From: Candidatus Latescibacterota bacterium
Lineage (GTDB): Bacteria > Latescibacterota > UBA2968 > UBA8231
DNA: 64,000 bases
Assembly: GCA_965248265.1 (NCBI GenBank)
Contig: CBDFJF010000002.1
Span: 1,952,001 to 2,016,000 of the forward strand
Reading direction: 5' to 3'
Shown one piece after another: positions 19,611 to 28,293 of this stretch. Made by a program: the position numbers and the translations under genes. The notes under the pieces were generated by a model that worked only from the letters and a program-made list of their open reading frames with translations, was not told the DNA's origin and did not search any database. Each line of letters starts with the position of its first letter. Positions within the stretch are counted from its first letter, which is position 1.

Positions 19611-20921
19611 ATGTCCGTCATTGAGTTCCCCTTCCGTTTCAGTTTCGAACAAGCCCGCAAACAGGCGAAGGATCTGCAGCGGGACCTGAGGGCCGGTGTC
19701 CCAACTGCGATGGACAGGCTCCGCGCCGTCCATCCAGATGGCGAGCGCACGGCGCCCACAAGACTCTCCGATGCACAACTGGTCATTGCCCGTGAGCACG
19801 GATTCGAGTCGTGGGTGCGGATGAAGAGGTACGCGCAGCCCGAGACAATGTACCAGAACGAGATGATCACCGAAGGCATGAACGAGGTCATCAATGGTCC
19901 TTGGGAAGATCAGTTGGTGATGCTGAACGACTTGGCTTCCGAGGCACTACGTCACTGTGGGATAGAGCCGTCTCGGATGAGCAGAGCCGGCCACATGGGG
20001 AACTTCGGCTTCTCTGACTACGCACTGGCGGTAGTCACTGACGGTTCATCGCCTTCGTATCTGGTCACAGTCCACTACACATATGACGACGTGTTTTCCT
20101 TCGATGAGATGCACAGGCAAGTTGCTTCACTCTGTGCTTGGCTCCACGCGCTGGATCGCGACACCGAACTCGACATCCAAGCCCCTGTACCTGATAGGAC
20201 TGGTGCGCTGTGTCAGCGCATCGACCACAGACCAGACGGCCCAGCAGCAGTATGCACAGTGCAACACTGGGTCAAGGGCCGCGATATCGTGGGCCCGGAG
20301 TGGGATGGCAGAGTCATCAAGCCCGGCGGCTGCTACGGAATAGAGTCCGACGCCGTGCGCAAGATGGGAGTCGTCCTCGCCACGATTCACACACATGGCA
20401 GGACGTGGCCTCGCCCTGATGGATTCAACCGGTTACAGACAGACTGGGTCGAAGACTTGTCCGAGCCCGAAATGAAGTACTGGGATACTGGCAAGCGAGA
20501 TCCAGAAGAAGCACGCATAGTCCGCACAGCCATGGAAGAGGTAGCTCGTTATCGAAAGGACCAAGGCGAACCATGGGGCCTGACGCATGGTGACTACCGC
20601 GTGCCCAATATCGTCGTCGATGGAAGTGAGTACAAGCCTATCGATTTTGACTTCTCGACCTTGAGCCACCAATTCGACGATGTCGGCTTCTTCCTGATTG
20701 ACATGCCTGAGCCGAGGTTGCGAGACGCGTTTCTCAACGGATATGAGTCCGTTTCGCCACAAGCAGCGAGCTTCCAGCGTCTCGTTGAGGGAACGATAAT
20801 CGCAGGGCGGGTCCGTCGTTGTGCCTGGGACTGGGGAGAGCATTTCCCAGAACGTCTCGTGCCGGAAAGTATCAGCTACCTAGCAGGCGAATCGTTCCTC
20901 CTGAGGCCATACTGTCGCTAA
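19611..20921 (+). CDS. APH/type II homoserine kinase-like phosphotransferase with an N-terminal helical leader domain (cassette gene, antisense to the array)
   Basis: THGDYRVPNI (Brenner motif) and IDFD; N-terminal FEQARKQAKDL...LSDAQLVIAREHGFESW leader; GAGGAGG RBS. Confidence 0.85.
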   Translation: MSVIEFPFRFSFEQARKQAKDLQRDLRAGVPTAMDRLRAVHPDGERTAPTRLSDAQLVIAREHGFESWVRMKRYAQPETMYQNEMITEGMNEVINGPWEDQLVMLNDLASEALRHCGIEPSRMSRAGHMGNFGFSDYALAVVTDGSSPSYLVTVHYTYDDVFSFDEMHRQVASLCAWLHALDRDTELDIQAPVPDRTGALCQRIDHRPDGPAAVCTVQHWVKGRDIVGPEWDGRVIKPGGCYGIESDAVRKMGVVLATIHTHGRTWPRPDGFNRLQTDWVEDLSEPEMKYWDTGKRDPEEARIVRTAMEEVARYRKDQGEPWGLTHGDYRVPNIVVDGSEYKPIDFDFSTLSHQFDDVGFFLIDMPEPRLRDAFLNGYESVSPQAASFQRLVEGTIIAGRVRRCAWDWGEHFPERLVPESISYLAGESFLLRPYCR

Positions 20922-21038
20922 CGAAGAGTTCAGCGGGTTGGAGAAACCGTTGAGCCGCGGCAACACTAGACAACGCGGTGCATCGGCAATCGCAATGCGA
21001 ATTCGTAATCGAGACGTCCGCTGAAACTCATGTTATCG
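20916..21038 (-). mobile_element. attC recombination site (123 bp)
   Basis: Minus strand CGATAAC-ATGA-GTTTCAGCGG...CCGCTGAAC-TCTTC-GTTAGCG; one extra T in L''; begins about 20 bp after the APH stop. Confidence 0.85.
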
Positions 21039-21057
21039 CTTGGTCGCTCTCCGTTCG

Positions 21058-22017
21058 CTACCGTTCGCAATTGTCACCGAGTATCTCCCTGCCGTATCGA
21101 AAGCCCTTCCGCTCTTCGTCCGGATAGCAAAGGCAGCGCAACACGATGGTCTTGAAGTGAGTCAACGATCGCTTCTTCAGGTCTGAGTCAGATCTCGGAT
21201 AGTGCTTGAGCGTGGAGTCAACGAATTGCTCGCCGTAGGACCAGAAGCCATAGAAGTCCTTAGCCGGATCCATGATGCTGACATCTCCCCAGTCGATGAT
21301 GCCCGTCAAGCGTCCGACGGCGGCGTCATGGTAAACGTGCTTGTGCCACATGTCGTCGTGAATGAACATCGCGTCGTAGGGCCGCTGCCGGACTTCGATC
21401 TCCGGAAGCCAGCGCTCGCAAACGGACCGCAGATCCGGAGGGATCACATCTGCTCGTCGCTCAAACCACTCAACCAAAGCTTTAGGCTCATTTGGGTGAA
21501 GTGGGGTCTCCTCCTCAACTCCCAAGGCTGTTGCCCGGCTGACGGGAAAAGAGTGGACCGCACCGAGGAATTCCCCTAGCTCTCGTGCCAGATCTGCTCG
21601 CCTCGCCTGCGAGATTCTGCGGAAACGCCATGGAGATAGCCGAGTGCCTCTCACCGCTTTGTATCCTGCGAAGTCGAGTGAGTCTGGGATGTAGGTGTAG
21701 GTCGGGATCGCTGTGGCGAAAAAACCCTGGATTGCATCCAACACCGCTCTCTCCCGAAGATGCTTCGCGATGTCCTCTATCTCGTTTCCTCTGACAAAGC
21801 GAAACACCAAACCGTTGTCAAGGAGGAACATGACGTGGTCTGAGCCATCCTGGACTCTCCTGTATTTCTTCCACGAGAGCTCTGGAAATGCATCCCTGAT
21901 ACGGCCAAGGAAGGTCTCCGAAGCGATTGCATCTCCGATCTCTGGTCTCCACGTCGATTTTTCAAGAGTCTCCGCCAGCGATGACCTGATTTGCTCGCCA
22001 TATACTTCAACACTCAC
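21058..22017 (-). CDS. Aminoglycoside phosphotransferase (APH) family protein, cassette gene
   Basis: LVFRF, IHDDMWHKHV (variant Brenner motif), GIIDWGD, DPAKDF. Confidence 0.85.
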   Translation of the reverse strand: MSVEVYGEQIRSSLAETLEKSTWRPEIGDAIASETFLGRIRDAFPELSWKKYRRVQDGSDHVMFLLDNGLVFRFVRGNEIEDIAKHLRERAVLDAIQGFFATAIPTYTYIPDSLDFAGYKAVRGTRLSPWRFRRISQARRADLARELGEFLGAVHSFPVSRATALGVEEETPLHPNEPKALVEWFERRADVIPPDLRSVCERWLPEIEVRQRPYDAMFIHDDMWHKHVYHDAAVGRLTGIIDWGDVSIMDPAKDFYGFWSYGEQFVDSTLKHYPRSDSDLKKRSLTHFKTIVLRCLCYPDEERKGFRYGREILGDNCER

Positions 22018-22091
22018 TGAGAATACTCCGTGCAGTTGCTCGCTACTATGACTGTGGGTGTGCGGTACTTCGATGGCCTACGGCCCGGTCA

Positions 22092-22209
22092 CGATAACGC
22101 AGGGATGACCTGCGAGGAATCACCGCTCGCCTCCGGTCCCCTGCCATAGCCAAACGTAAGCCCCAGTCCGTGAACCCCGTCAATAGGTCAGGTCCATCCC
22201 ATGTTATGC
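22092..22209 (-). mobile_element. attC recombination site (118 bp)
   Basis: Minus strand GCATAAC-ATGG-GATGGACCTG...CAGGTCATC-CCTGC-GTTATCG; extra G in L''; its GTTATCG is the exact complement of the next site's CGATAAC. Confidence 0.85.
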
Positions 22210-22487
22210 AGGACCGATGAGTTCTCAGGCTGGCAACGCCCGTTGCCAACCGAGGAACAGAGCCTCTGAGCGCCCAGTTCTCCCTCCCTTCGCGACGACC
22301 GCTCAAGTGGAGGGCCCATGTCCCCAGGCCTAGATCTGGGCACTGGCTCGCAGGCTGCGGGGCTCTAACTTATGGCCTGTGCGTGGCGCTGGTGTGGGCC
22401 GTTCGGTCCGACACCACCACGATTCAAGTCCGTCGCACCGCCTCGACCCCTGTGACGATCCTCGGACTCACTACGAAGGAGCTGCTC

Positions 22488-23651
22488 ATGTCCATCGCAG
22501 GCATCGCTGTGATCGTATCCCTGCTCGGGATCATCTCGGCTCGCCAGTCGAGCTCCACCGAACCGGAGCCCCCATCCCAGGCGCGCGTGCGCCTGGCCAC
22601 GCCCGAACAGCTGGCGGCCCTGCAGCTGGCTATGTCGAACAGAGAGCAAACAATGTCGCAGAGCGGACGCCGTGTCCTGCTGGACCACGAGCCAGGGGGT
22701 GGCGGCATCTCCGGCTGCCTGGCTCCCGCCCTGCGGACCGTCGGCATCGACTGGTCGACGGAGCGATATCAGGGCTTCCTGGGATTCTCCTACGACTTCA
22801 GCATGACAGAGGAAGGCGGCTTTTTCTGGCAAGGCACCGCGCTGCAGTGGAGCATCTTCTGGCCCATGCTGGACCATCTGCCGGTCAAGAGAATCGAGGC
22901 AACGCTGAAAGGCCCGAACGACACGCCTGAAAAGCACCAGGCCGCCAAGCGGCGCGGTTGGGACGCTGTGCGCGAGGAGCTCGACGCCGGCCGTCTGGCT
23001 ATCGTGTGGTCGCCGATGACAGCCGAACAGCGTTGGGCCGAAGAGCCACAAGGGCCTCTGCCCTGGATGTGGAGCCTCATCGTCGGCTACGACGACGACG
23101 CCGGTACCATCACGGTGCGTCACGACCACGCCGGCGAGTCCACGATCCGCTTTGATGAGCTGGGTCACGCCGACCCGTCCGGCTACTTCTGCGTAATGAT
23201 CCTGGATGCACCCGCCGAGCCCATGGACGAGTTGGCCGCGAACCGCCAGTCGCTACAGCTCGCCCTGGCGGCGTCTCGGGGGAAGTACCCGGGTTCACAG
23301 GAACCTGCCACCCATGGCCTGGCAGCGTACGAGGTGTGGCGCGCCGCGCTGCAGGCAGGCACCGGAGCGGAACAGCACGTCCCCTACCACGCCACCTACC
23401 TGACCCACAGGCGCGAAGAGGCGACGCGTTATCTGGCTCAGGTTGAGCACGTCTTCCCCGAGGCGGCACGGTCTCACGTACGCGCAGCGGCACAGCACTA
23501 CCGCGCAGAGGTCGACGCCATGAAGAAACTGCGGGAGATGTTCGAGGGTGGCGCTGCCGACCAGAAAGAGGGAGCAGCTCTGGTCAACAAAGCGCTTGAG
23601 CACGAACGTGCAGCGCTTGCCGAGATCCAGCGGGCTCTTGATGCCTCGTAG
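22488..23651 (+). CDS. Exported hypothetical protein, possibly BtrH-N/papain-like (cassette gene, antisense to the array)
   Basis: AAGGAG RBS, hydrophobic N-terminus, GCLAPALR...GFSYDF and WSLIVGYDD segments. Confidence 0.7.
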   Translation: MSIAGIAVIVSLLGIISARQSSSTEPEPPSQARVRLATPEQLAALQLAMSNREQTMSQSGRRVLLDHEPGGGGISGCLAPALRTVGIDWSTERYQGFLGFSYDFSMTEEGGFFWQGTALQWSIFWPMLDHLPVKRIEATLKGPNDTPEKHQAAKRRGWDAVREELDAGRLAIVWSPMTAEQRWAEEPQGPLPWMWSLIVGYDDDAGTITVRHDHAGESTIRFDELGHADPSGYFCVMILDAPAEPMDELAANRQSLQLALAASRGKYPGSQEPATHGLAAYEVWRAALQAGTGAEQHVPYHATYLTHRREEATRYLAQVEHVFPEAARSHVRAAAQHYRAEVDAMKKLREMFEGGAADQKEGAALVNKALEHERAALAEIQRALDAS

Positions 23652-23675
23652 AGCTACTGCCTCCGTCAACCAATG

Positions 23676-23694
23676 CCATAACAATTCATTATGC
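23676..23694 (-). mobile_element. attI-like integron attachment site
   Basis: Minus strand GCATAAT-GAATT-GTTATGG, the 7-5-7 layout of attI1 (CCCTAAA-ACAAA-GTTRRRY); GTTATGG matches 6/7 the complement of R'' GCATAAC of the first attC. Confidence 0.7.
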
Positions 23695-23989
23695 GCCACG
23701 ACGCATTTGCCGGCCAATCACCTCGTTTAGAGCCTTTGCACCCAAACGGGCAATCTTTTCAACTATTGGCCCCGCAGCCTTAACTCCTTCCAGCACAATG
23801 ACCATCGCGCACCACCCCAAAGTATAGCGGTTCGCATATCCGAGTATTCTCGGGCATTCCGTGACGGGCGCATACACGGCGATCCCAATAATCGGGACGC
23901 GTTTGGCCTGTATTACCTGGATATGTGGCGGGACAGATAACAAAGTATCCTCGCCACGCCCCCCTCCGTACTTCTACGGAGTACTGCAG

Positions 23990-24029
23990 AAACAGAAAAC
24001 GCCCGGACCATGTTCTGCGGTCTCGGGCG
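23990..24029 (-). terminator. Putative intrinsic terminator
   Basis: Minus strand CGCCCG(A)GACC-loop-GGTCCGGGCG followed by TTTTCTGTTT. Confidence 0.6.
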
Positions 24030-24070
24030 ATTGTTCATGCGTCGACTCCTGTTCAACAGTGAAGCGAAAG

Positions 24071-24261
24071 GCGTTACAGCGTACTCATCTTGCGGATCTC
24101 AACTCGCTGCTGCGGCCTGGAGCCTGTAGGGGAAGATTGTAGCCCATCTGCTTGGGTGAATCAACCCGCAAAGCCAGCACAGGCGGCTCAAGCAATCGCG
24201 GCGCCTTCCAGCGGTGTGGCCGCCGAGCTGGCAATCTGCTCGTGGTATCCTCCTCGCCCAG
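24071..24261. repeat. Diverged direct copy of 33704-33898 (oxidoreductase 3' end plus downstream promoter/leader)
   Basis: Shared blocks gcgttacagc, gctgctgcggcctggagcctgta, gattgtagcc, gcttgggtg; encodes remnant YHEQIASSAATPLEGAAIA* versus YHEQITTSAAKPLGGAAVS*. Confidence 0.88.
24136..24164 (-). promoter_or_regulatory. Sigma70-type promoter
   Basis: TTGATT-N17-TACAAT; the second copy at 33772-33800 reads TTGGTG-N17-TACAAT. Confidence 0.6.
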
Positions 24262-24370
24262 CTTGCCCTGGGCTTTGCCGCGGGCGCAAGCCTTGTTATT
24301 GCGGTCTGGGCCATGGTTTCGTAGCCTGCTTTCGGCAGATTAGAGTCGTCACGAACGGCCAGCGAGTGAT

Positions 24371-25128
24371 ATGGCGAGAATGAAGAGACGTGGTGCCCTC
24401 AGCCTTCTACTACTGTGTGGGATGGCTGCAGCCGAGCCTGGCGACAGTCCACCCACTATCCTGTTCTTCGGGGACAGCTTGACGGCGGGCTACGGCGTCG
24501 AGAAGACGCAGGCCTATCCGGCCCTGATTCAGGGTCGCATCGATTCGCTCGGTTGGGACTTCCGCGTGGTCAACGCCGGATTGGACGGCGAGACTACCGC
24601 TGCGGGTCTGCGGCGCTTAGACTGGATCCTGCGGCGACCGGTGGATGTGTTCGTACTCGAGCTGGGGGGCAACGACGGGTTGCGGGGGTTGCCGTTGGCG
24701 CAGACGGAGACGAACCTGCAGCAGATCCTCGATCGCGTCCTGAAGAAGAGTGCCGACACCGAGCTGGTGATAGCCGGGATGCAGCTGCCCCCCAATCTGG
24801 GCCCCGACTACACGTCACAGTTCCGCGCCATCTTCCCACGCCTTGCGACACGCAACAAAGCCGCTCTGATCCCATTCCTGCTGGAGGGTGTAGGGGGGTG
24901 GACGGGCTCATGCTGCCCGACGGCATCCACCCCAACCCGGCGGGACACCGACGCGTTGCTGACGTCGTGTGGGCGGCGCTGGAACCGGTGCTGCAGCGTC
25001 TTCGTGCCACCAGCGCTGACTCACTCGGCGCGGCGCAGGACCTCGAGGGGCGGCGCGGCCTGGATGCCGCGGCTGCTGGTGAGTCCGACCAGCACGGTGA
25101 TGAGGGGGATGGCGACACCGGCCAGTAG
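24371..25128 (+). CDS. tesA: Arylesterase/acyl-CoA thioesterase I (SGNH/GDSL), frameshifted in a G6 run at 24893-24898
   Basis: GDSLTAGYG, NAGLDGETT and ELGGNDGLRG are in one frame; the catalytic DGIHPN is in another; one extra G restores EGVGGVDGLMLPDGIHPN. Confidence 0.85.
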
Positions 25129-27567
25129 CAACGCCGGCCACGACGGGGCGAAGGTGATCTCGAACACGAACCGCGCAAGGGCCCAGCCGCCACCGAGCGC
25201 CAGCAGCAACCCGGCAAGTCCGGCGAGACTTCCCAGCAGCAGGTATTCCACCAGCAGAATGCGTCCCACCTGACGTCGGCTGGCGCCCAGAGTCCGCAGC
25301 AGGGCGCTCTCGCGCAGGCGCTGGAAACGACTGCCGGCGATCACGGCGACGAGGACGCACAGGCCGGTGCCCACACTGAACACGGATACCAGGCGCACGA
25401 CGACGGACACCTTGTCGAGCACCTGGTCCACTGTCCGCAGCACGAGATCGAGGTCGATGACGGAGACGTTCGGGAACTGACGCACCGTCCGTCGCTGCAA
25501 CGCGGCCCGTGTCTGGCCGTCGTCGGCACGGGTGACCAGAACATGAAACTGCGGGGCCTGCTCGAGCGCCCCTGCCGGGAAGACGACGAGGAAATTGGGC
25601 ATGATGCGTTGCCAGTCGACGGTGCGCAGGCTGCCGACGACGACGTCGATGGGCACACCCTCGACATCGAAAACCAGAGAATCCCCGATGCCGACGTCGA
25701 GGGCAGCAGCCACACCGACTTCCAATGATACTAACACCGTGTCCGCGACCACGCCGCGCCACTGGCCTTCGGCGATCTGCTCGGTTTCCGTCGTATGGTC
25801 GCGATAAGTGGAGCGGTACTGGCGTCGCAGGGCCCAGCTTCCTCGACGCTTCTTTCCGATAATGTCATCGACAGCAACGCCCTTCACCCGGGCCACGCGC
25901 ATCGGTACGACCGGTACCTGCTGGATGACCGGCATATTCATACTAGCCACCAGTTCGGCGACCGCTTCACTCTGATCAACCTGGATGTCGAACAGGACCA
26001 TATTGGGCTGGTCGCCCCCGCTGACGCTGTTGATGTGAGCGATGATGGAGCTCTGCGCCGTGTAGAGGGTGATGACGAGGAACGTTCCCAGGCCGAGGCT
26101 GACGAGCAGCAGGAGCGTCTGGTTGTGTGGCCGGTAGAGATTGGCCAGCCCCTGACGCCACAGATAGCTCCATCCGGTCGGGAAGAAACGCCGCGCGCCG
26201 GCACGCAGCAGCCGGGCGGCGCCGGTGAGCAGGCACATGGCCAGCAGCGTGCCGCCGGTGAAGTAGAAGGCATGGTCGGACCGGCCGGTGAGGACGTGGG
26301 CCAGCAGGTAGGTCCCTCCGCCGGCGAGCAGGGCCAGCAGCACGCGCAGGAGGAGATCACCGCGGTGCGTGCCGCTCTCGTAATCAGCGCGCAGCGCCAG
26401 CAGCGGTGAGACGCGGCGCACGGCCAGCAACGGCAGGGAGGCGAACAGCAGAGAGATGGCCGCGCCCACTCCCACGCCTTCGACGACCGACAGGGGTGAC
26501 AGCACGGCCTGCACGTCCCCGAGTTGTTGTGGCAGGAAGTCGGCGAGCAACCCGGGCAGCCACCAGACGAAGCTGAGCCCCGCGAGGGCGCCGGCAAGCG
26601 AACCGCTGACCCCCATGGCAGCGGCCTGGACCAGGTAGATGAGCAGGGTCTGGCGCGCGATGGCGCCGAGGCTGCGCAGGATGGCGACGGTCTCCAGCTT
26701 CTGCTGTACGTGAGCATGCACGGCGCTGGCCACGCCCACGGCACCCAGGAGTAGGGCAACGAAGCTGCCGAGGCCGAGGAAGCGGTAGAGGTTGCCCAGC
26801 GTCCGGCCGAGGCGGCGCTTGCGGTCGGCGATGGTGTCGGCGTCAGCACCCAGGCTATCGAGACGGGCGTCCAGCGATGAGGCCAGCTCATCGACGTCAC
26901 GGCCGTCCTCGAACTGGAAATACACCTTGTATTCGACAATGCTGCCGGCCTGGATCAGGCGCGTCTGTTCGATGGTGCGATAGGGAATGAAGACGACGGG
27001 CCTCACGTCAGTGCGCAGCGCGGTCTCTCCAGGCAGGTGCAGCAGACGTCCACCGATGCGGACATCTAATTGCCCGACGCGCAGGGTGTCGCCGACCTGG
27101 GCGCCGAACTGTAGCATCAGGCCATCATCGACGAGCGCCTCGCCGTCTTGCGACCAGGTGCGTGCCGCGGCCGCCGGGTCCGTGCCAAGCTCGCCGTAGA
27201 AGGGGAAGCCGCCTTCGAGTGCACGCACCTGAGCGAGCCTGGTACCACCGCTGGCCGGGAAGGCGATCATGGAAAGGAGCTCCACCATGCGCGCCTGCCG
27301 GCCAGCGAGCGAATCGATGAGTGCCAGCGTTTCCGCCTTGAAGGGCTCGCGGCTCTCGATCTCCATGTCGGCCCCCAGCAGGGTCGCGGCATGCTCGTCG
27401 ACAGCGTGTTCCATCGTCCGCGACAGTCCGCGCAGGCCGGTGAGGGCGGCGATGCCGACGGCGATGGCACTGGTGTAGAGCAACAGCCGCCACCGCCGCC
27501 CGCGGCTGTCGCGCCAGGCCATGCGCAGGGGCCATGGTATCAGGGCCGGCATCAGGGCACGCGGCAT
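25021..27567 (-). CDS. ybbP: ABC transporter permease, YbbP/FtsX-like
   Basis: MAWRDSR start, two FtsX-like TM domains, AILRSLGA and LLRTLGA motifs; linked to a YbbA-like ATPase and TesA. Confidence 0.9.
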   Translation of the reverse strand: MPRALMPALIPWPLRMAWRDSRGRRWRLLLYTSAIAVGIAALTGLRGLSRTMEHAVDEHAATLLGADMEIESREPFKAETLALIDSLAGRQARMVELLSMIAFPASGGTRLAQVRALEGGFPFYGELGTDPAAAARTWSQDGEALVDDGLMLQFGAQVGDTLRVGQLDVRIGGRLLHLPGETALRTDVRPVVFIPYRTIEQTRLIQAGSIVEYKVYFQFEDGRDVDELASSLDARLDSLGADADTIADRKRRLGRTLGNLYRFLGLGSFVALLLGAVGVASAVHAHVQQKLETVAILRSLGAIARQTLLIYLVQAAAMGVSGSLAGALAGLSFVWWLPGLLADFLPQQLGDVQAVLSPLSVVEGVGVGAAISLLFASLPLLAVRRVSPLLALRADYESGTHRGDLLLRVLLALLAGGGTYLLAHVLTGRSDHAFYFTGGTLLAMCLLTGAARLLRAGARRFFPTGWSYLWRQGLANLYRPHNQTLLLLVSLGLGTFLVITLYTAQSSIIAHINSVSGGDQPNMVLFDIQVDQSEAVAELVASMNMPVIQQVPVVPMRVARVKGVAVDDIIGKKRRGSWALRRQYRSTYRDHTTETEQIAEGQWRGVVADTVLVSLEVGVAAALDVGIGDSLVFDVEGVPIDVVVGSLRTVDWQRIMPNFLVVFPAGALEQAPQFHVLVTRADDGQTRAALQRRTVRQFPNVSVIDLDLVLRTVDQVLDKVSVVVRLVSVFSVGTGLCVLVAVIAGSRFQRLRESALLRTLGASRRQVGRILLVEYLLLGSLAGLAGLLLALGGGWALARFVFEITFAPSWPALLLAGVAIPLITVLVGLTSSRGIQAAPPLEVLRRAE

Positions 27568-27584
27568 CAGGACTGGGTGTCCTC
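27497..27584. repeat. Direct repeat, left copy (ATPase-end/permease-start junction)
   Basis: 88 bp matching 28294-28396; contains the functional permease start preceded by a copy of the ATPase C-terminus (EDTQS*). Confidence 0.9.
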
Positions 27585-27645
27585 AGCGGCGGGTTCTACT
27601 GCCAGCAGGTATCGGGCCCGTCGTATGGTGTCGCCCAACGCGGCA

Positions 27646-28022
27646 CTAGTGCAGCGAGAGAGGTACATGCTGGCTCAACTGCGAGAAATGCTTGTCGCGC
27701 GACAGGACTCCAGGCCATTGTGCATTGCGTGTTGAGCGATGATCAGGTCGGGCATCCCAACCTTGTTGATCCCGTTGCGCAGACAGGTGATCTGTAGTTG
27801 GACGATATCGTCCCAATCGATGTTGACAGGACGTCTATCTATCTCCTTCAGAAGACTGATCAGCCGTCGCTGACGACGCATGTGAAGAGCGGGGAGGAGT
27901 TCGGCGAGAATCAGGTCATTGACAACGACCAGGTTCTCATCAATCAGGTGATTCAACTCGCTCCCACGCCCCTTGCCGCGGAAGTACTCGATCCAGACTG
28001 AGCTATCGACAAGCACGCTCAT
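27646..28022 (-). CDS. vapC: PIN-domain toxin (VapC), frameshifted near 27708
   Basis: VLVDSSVW, LAELL, PDLIIA; the expected LSRDKHF...SLH* C-terminus is present in another frame, ending at 27646. Confidence 0.88.
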
Positions 28023-28213
28023 CCACGTTTCCTCAACGTGTCCAGATCCATATCCAGATCCACCTTCCCCCTATACTGCTTCAGCTTCTGTATCCGTCCC
28101 TTCCGCACGAAATCCTCAAGGGCTGCGATGATTACGGCTGTCTTGGTGCGCTGGTGAGACAACTTCATGGCCTCGGTGATCAGAGGCTCGGGCAGGTCCA
28201 GTGTCGTTCTCAT
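28019..28213 (-). CDS. vapB: VapB-family antitoxin
   Basis: MRTTLDLPEPLITEAMKL...TKTAVIIAALE ribbon-helix-helix pattern; stop overlaps the vapC start. Confidence 0.9.
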   Translation of the reverse strand: MRTTLDLPEPLITEAMKLSHQRTKTAVIIAALEDFVRKGRIQKLKQYRGKVDLDMDLDTLRKRG

Positions 28214-28224
28214 GCTATTCTCCC

Positions 28225-28263
28225 ATGCATATATTATAGCGAGTGTATGCATATAATATATGC
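28225..28263 (-). promoter_or_regulatory. vapBC promoter/operator
   Basis: AT-rich patch with palindrome GCATATA-A-TATATGC (28249-28263) and minus-strand TATAAT (28233-28238). Confidence 0.65.
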
Positions 28264-28293
28264 CTTTCTGGCCGTATTAGTCCATAGCGTCTT

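Noticed and set aside
23700-24070. Integron integrase or its remnant
   Set aside because: ORFs 23861-24142 and 23689-23943 show no tyrosine recombinase motifs.
24071-24130. SRP RNA or SAM/SAH riboswitch
   Set aside because: CAGG...AGCAGC lacks the SRP GGAA tetraloop, and SAM/SAH consensus elements are missing or out of order.
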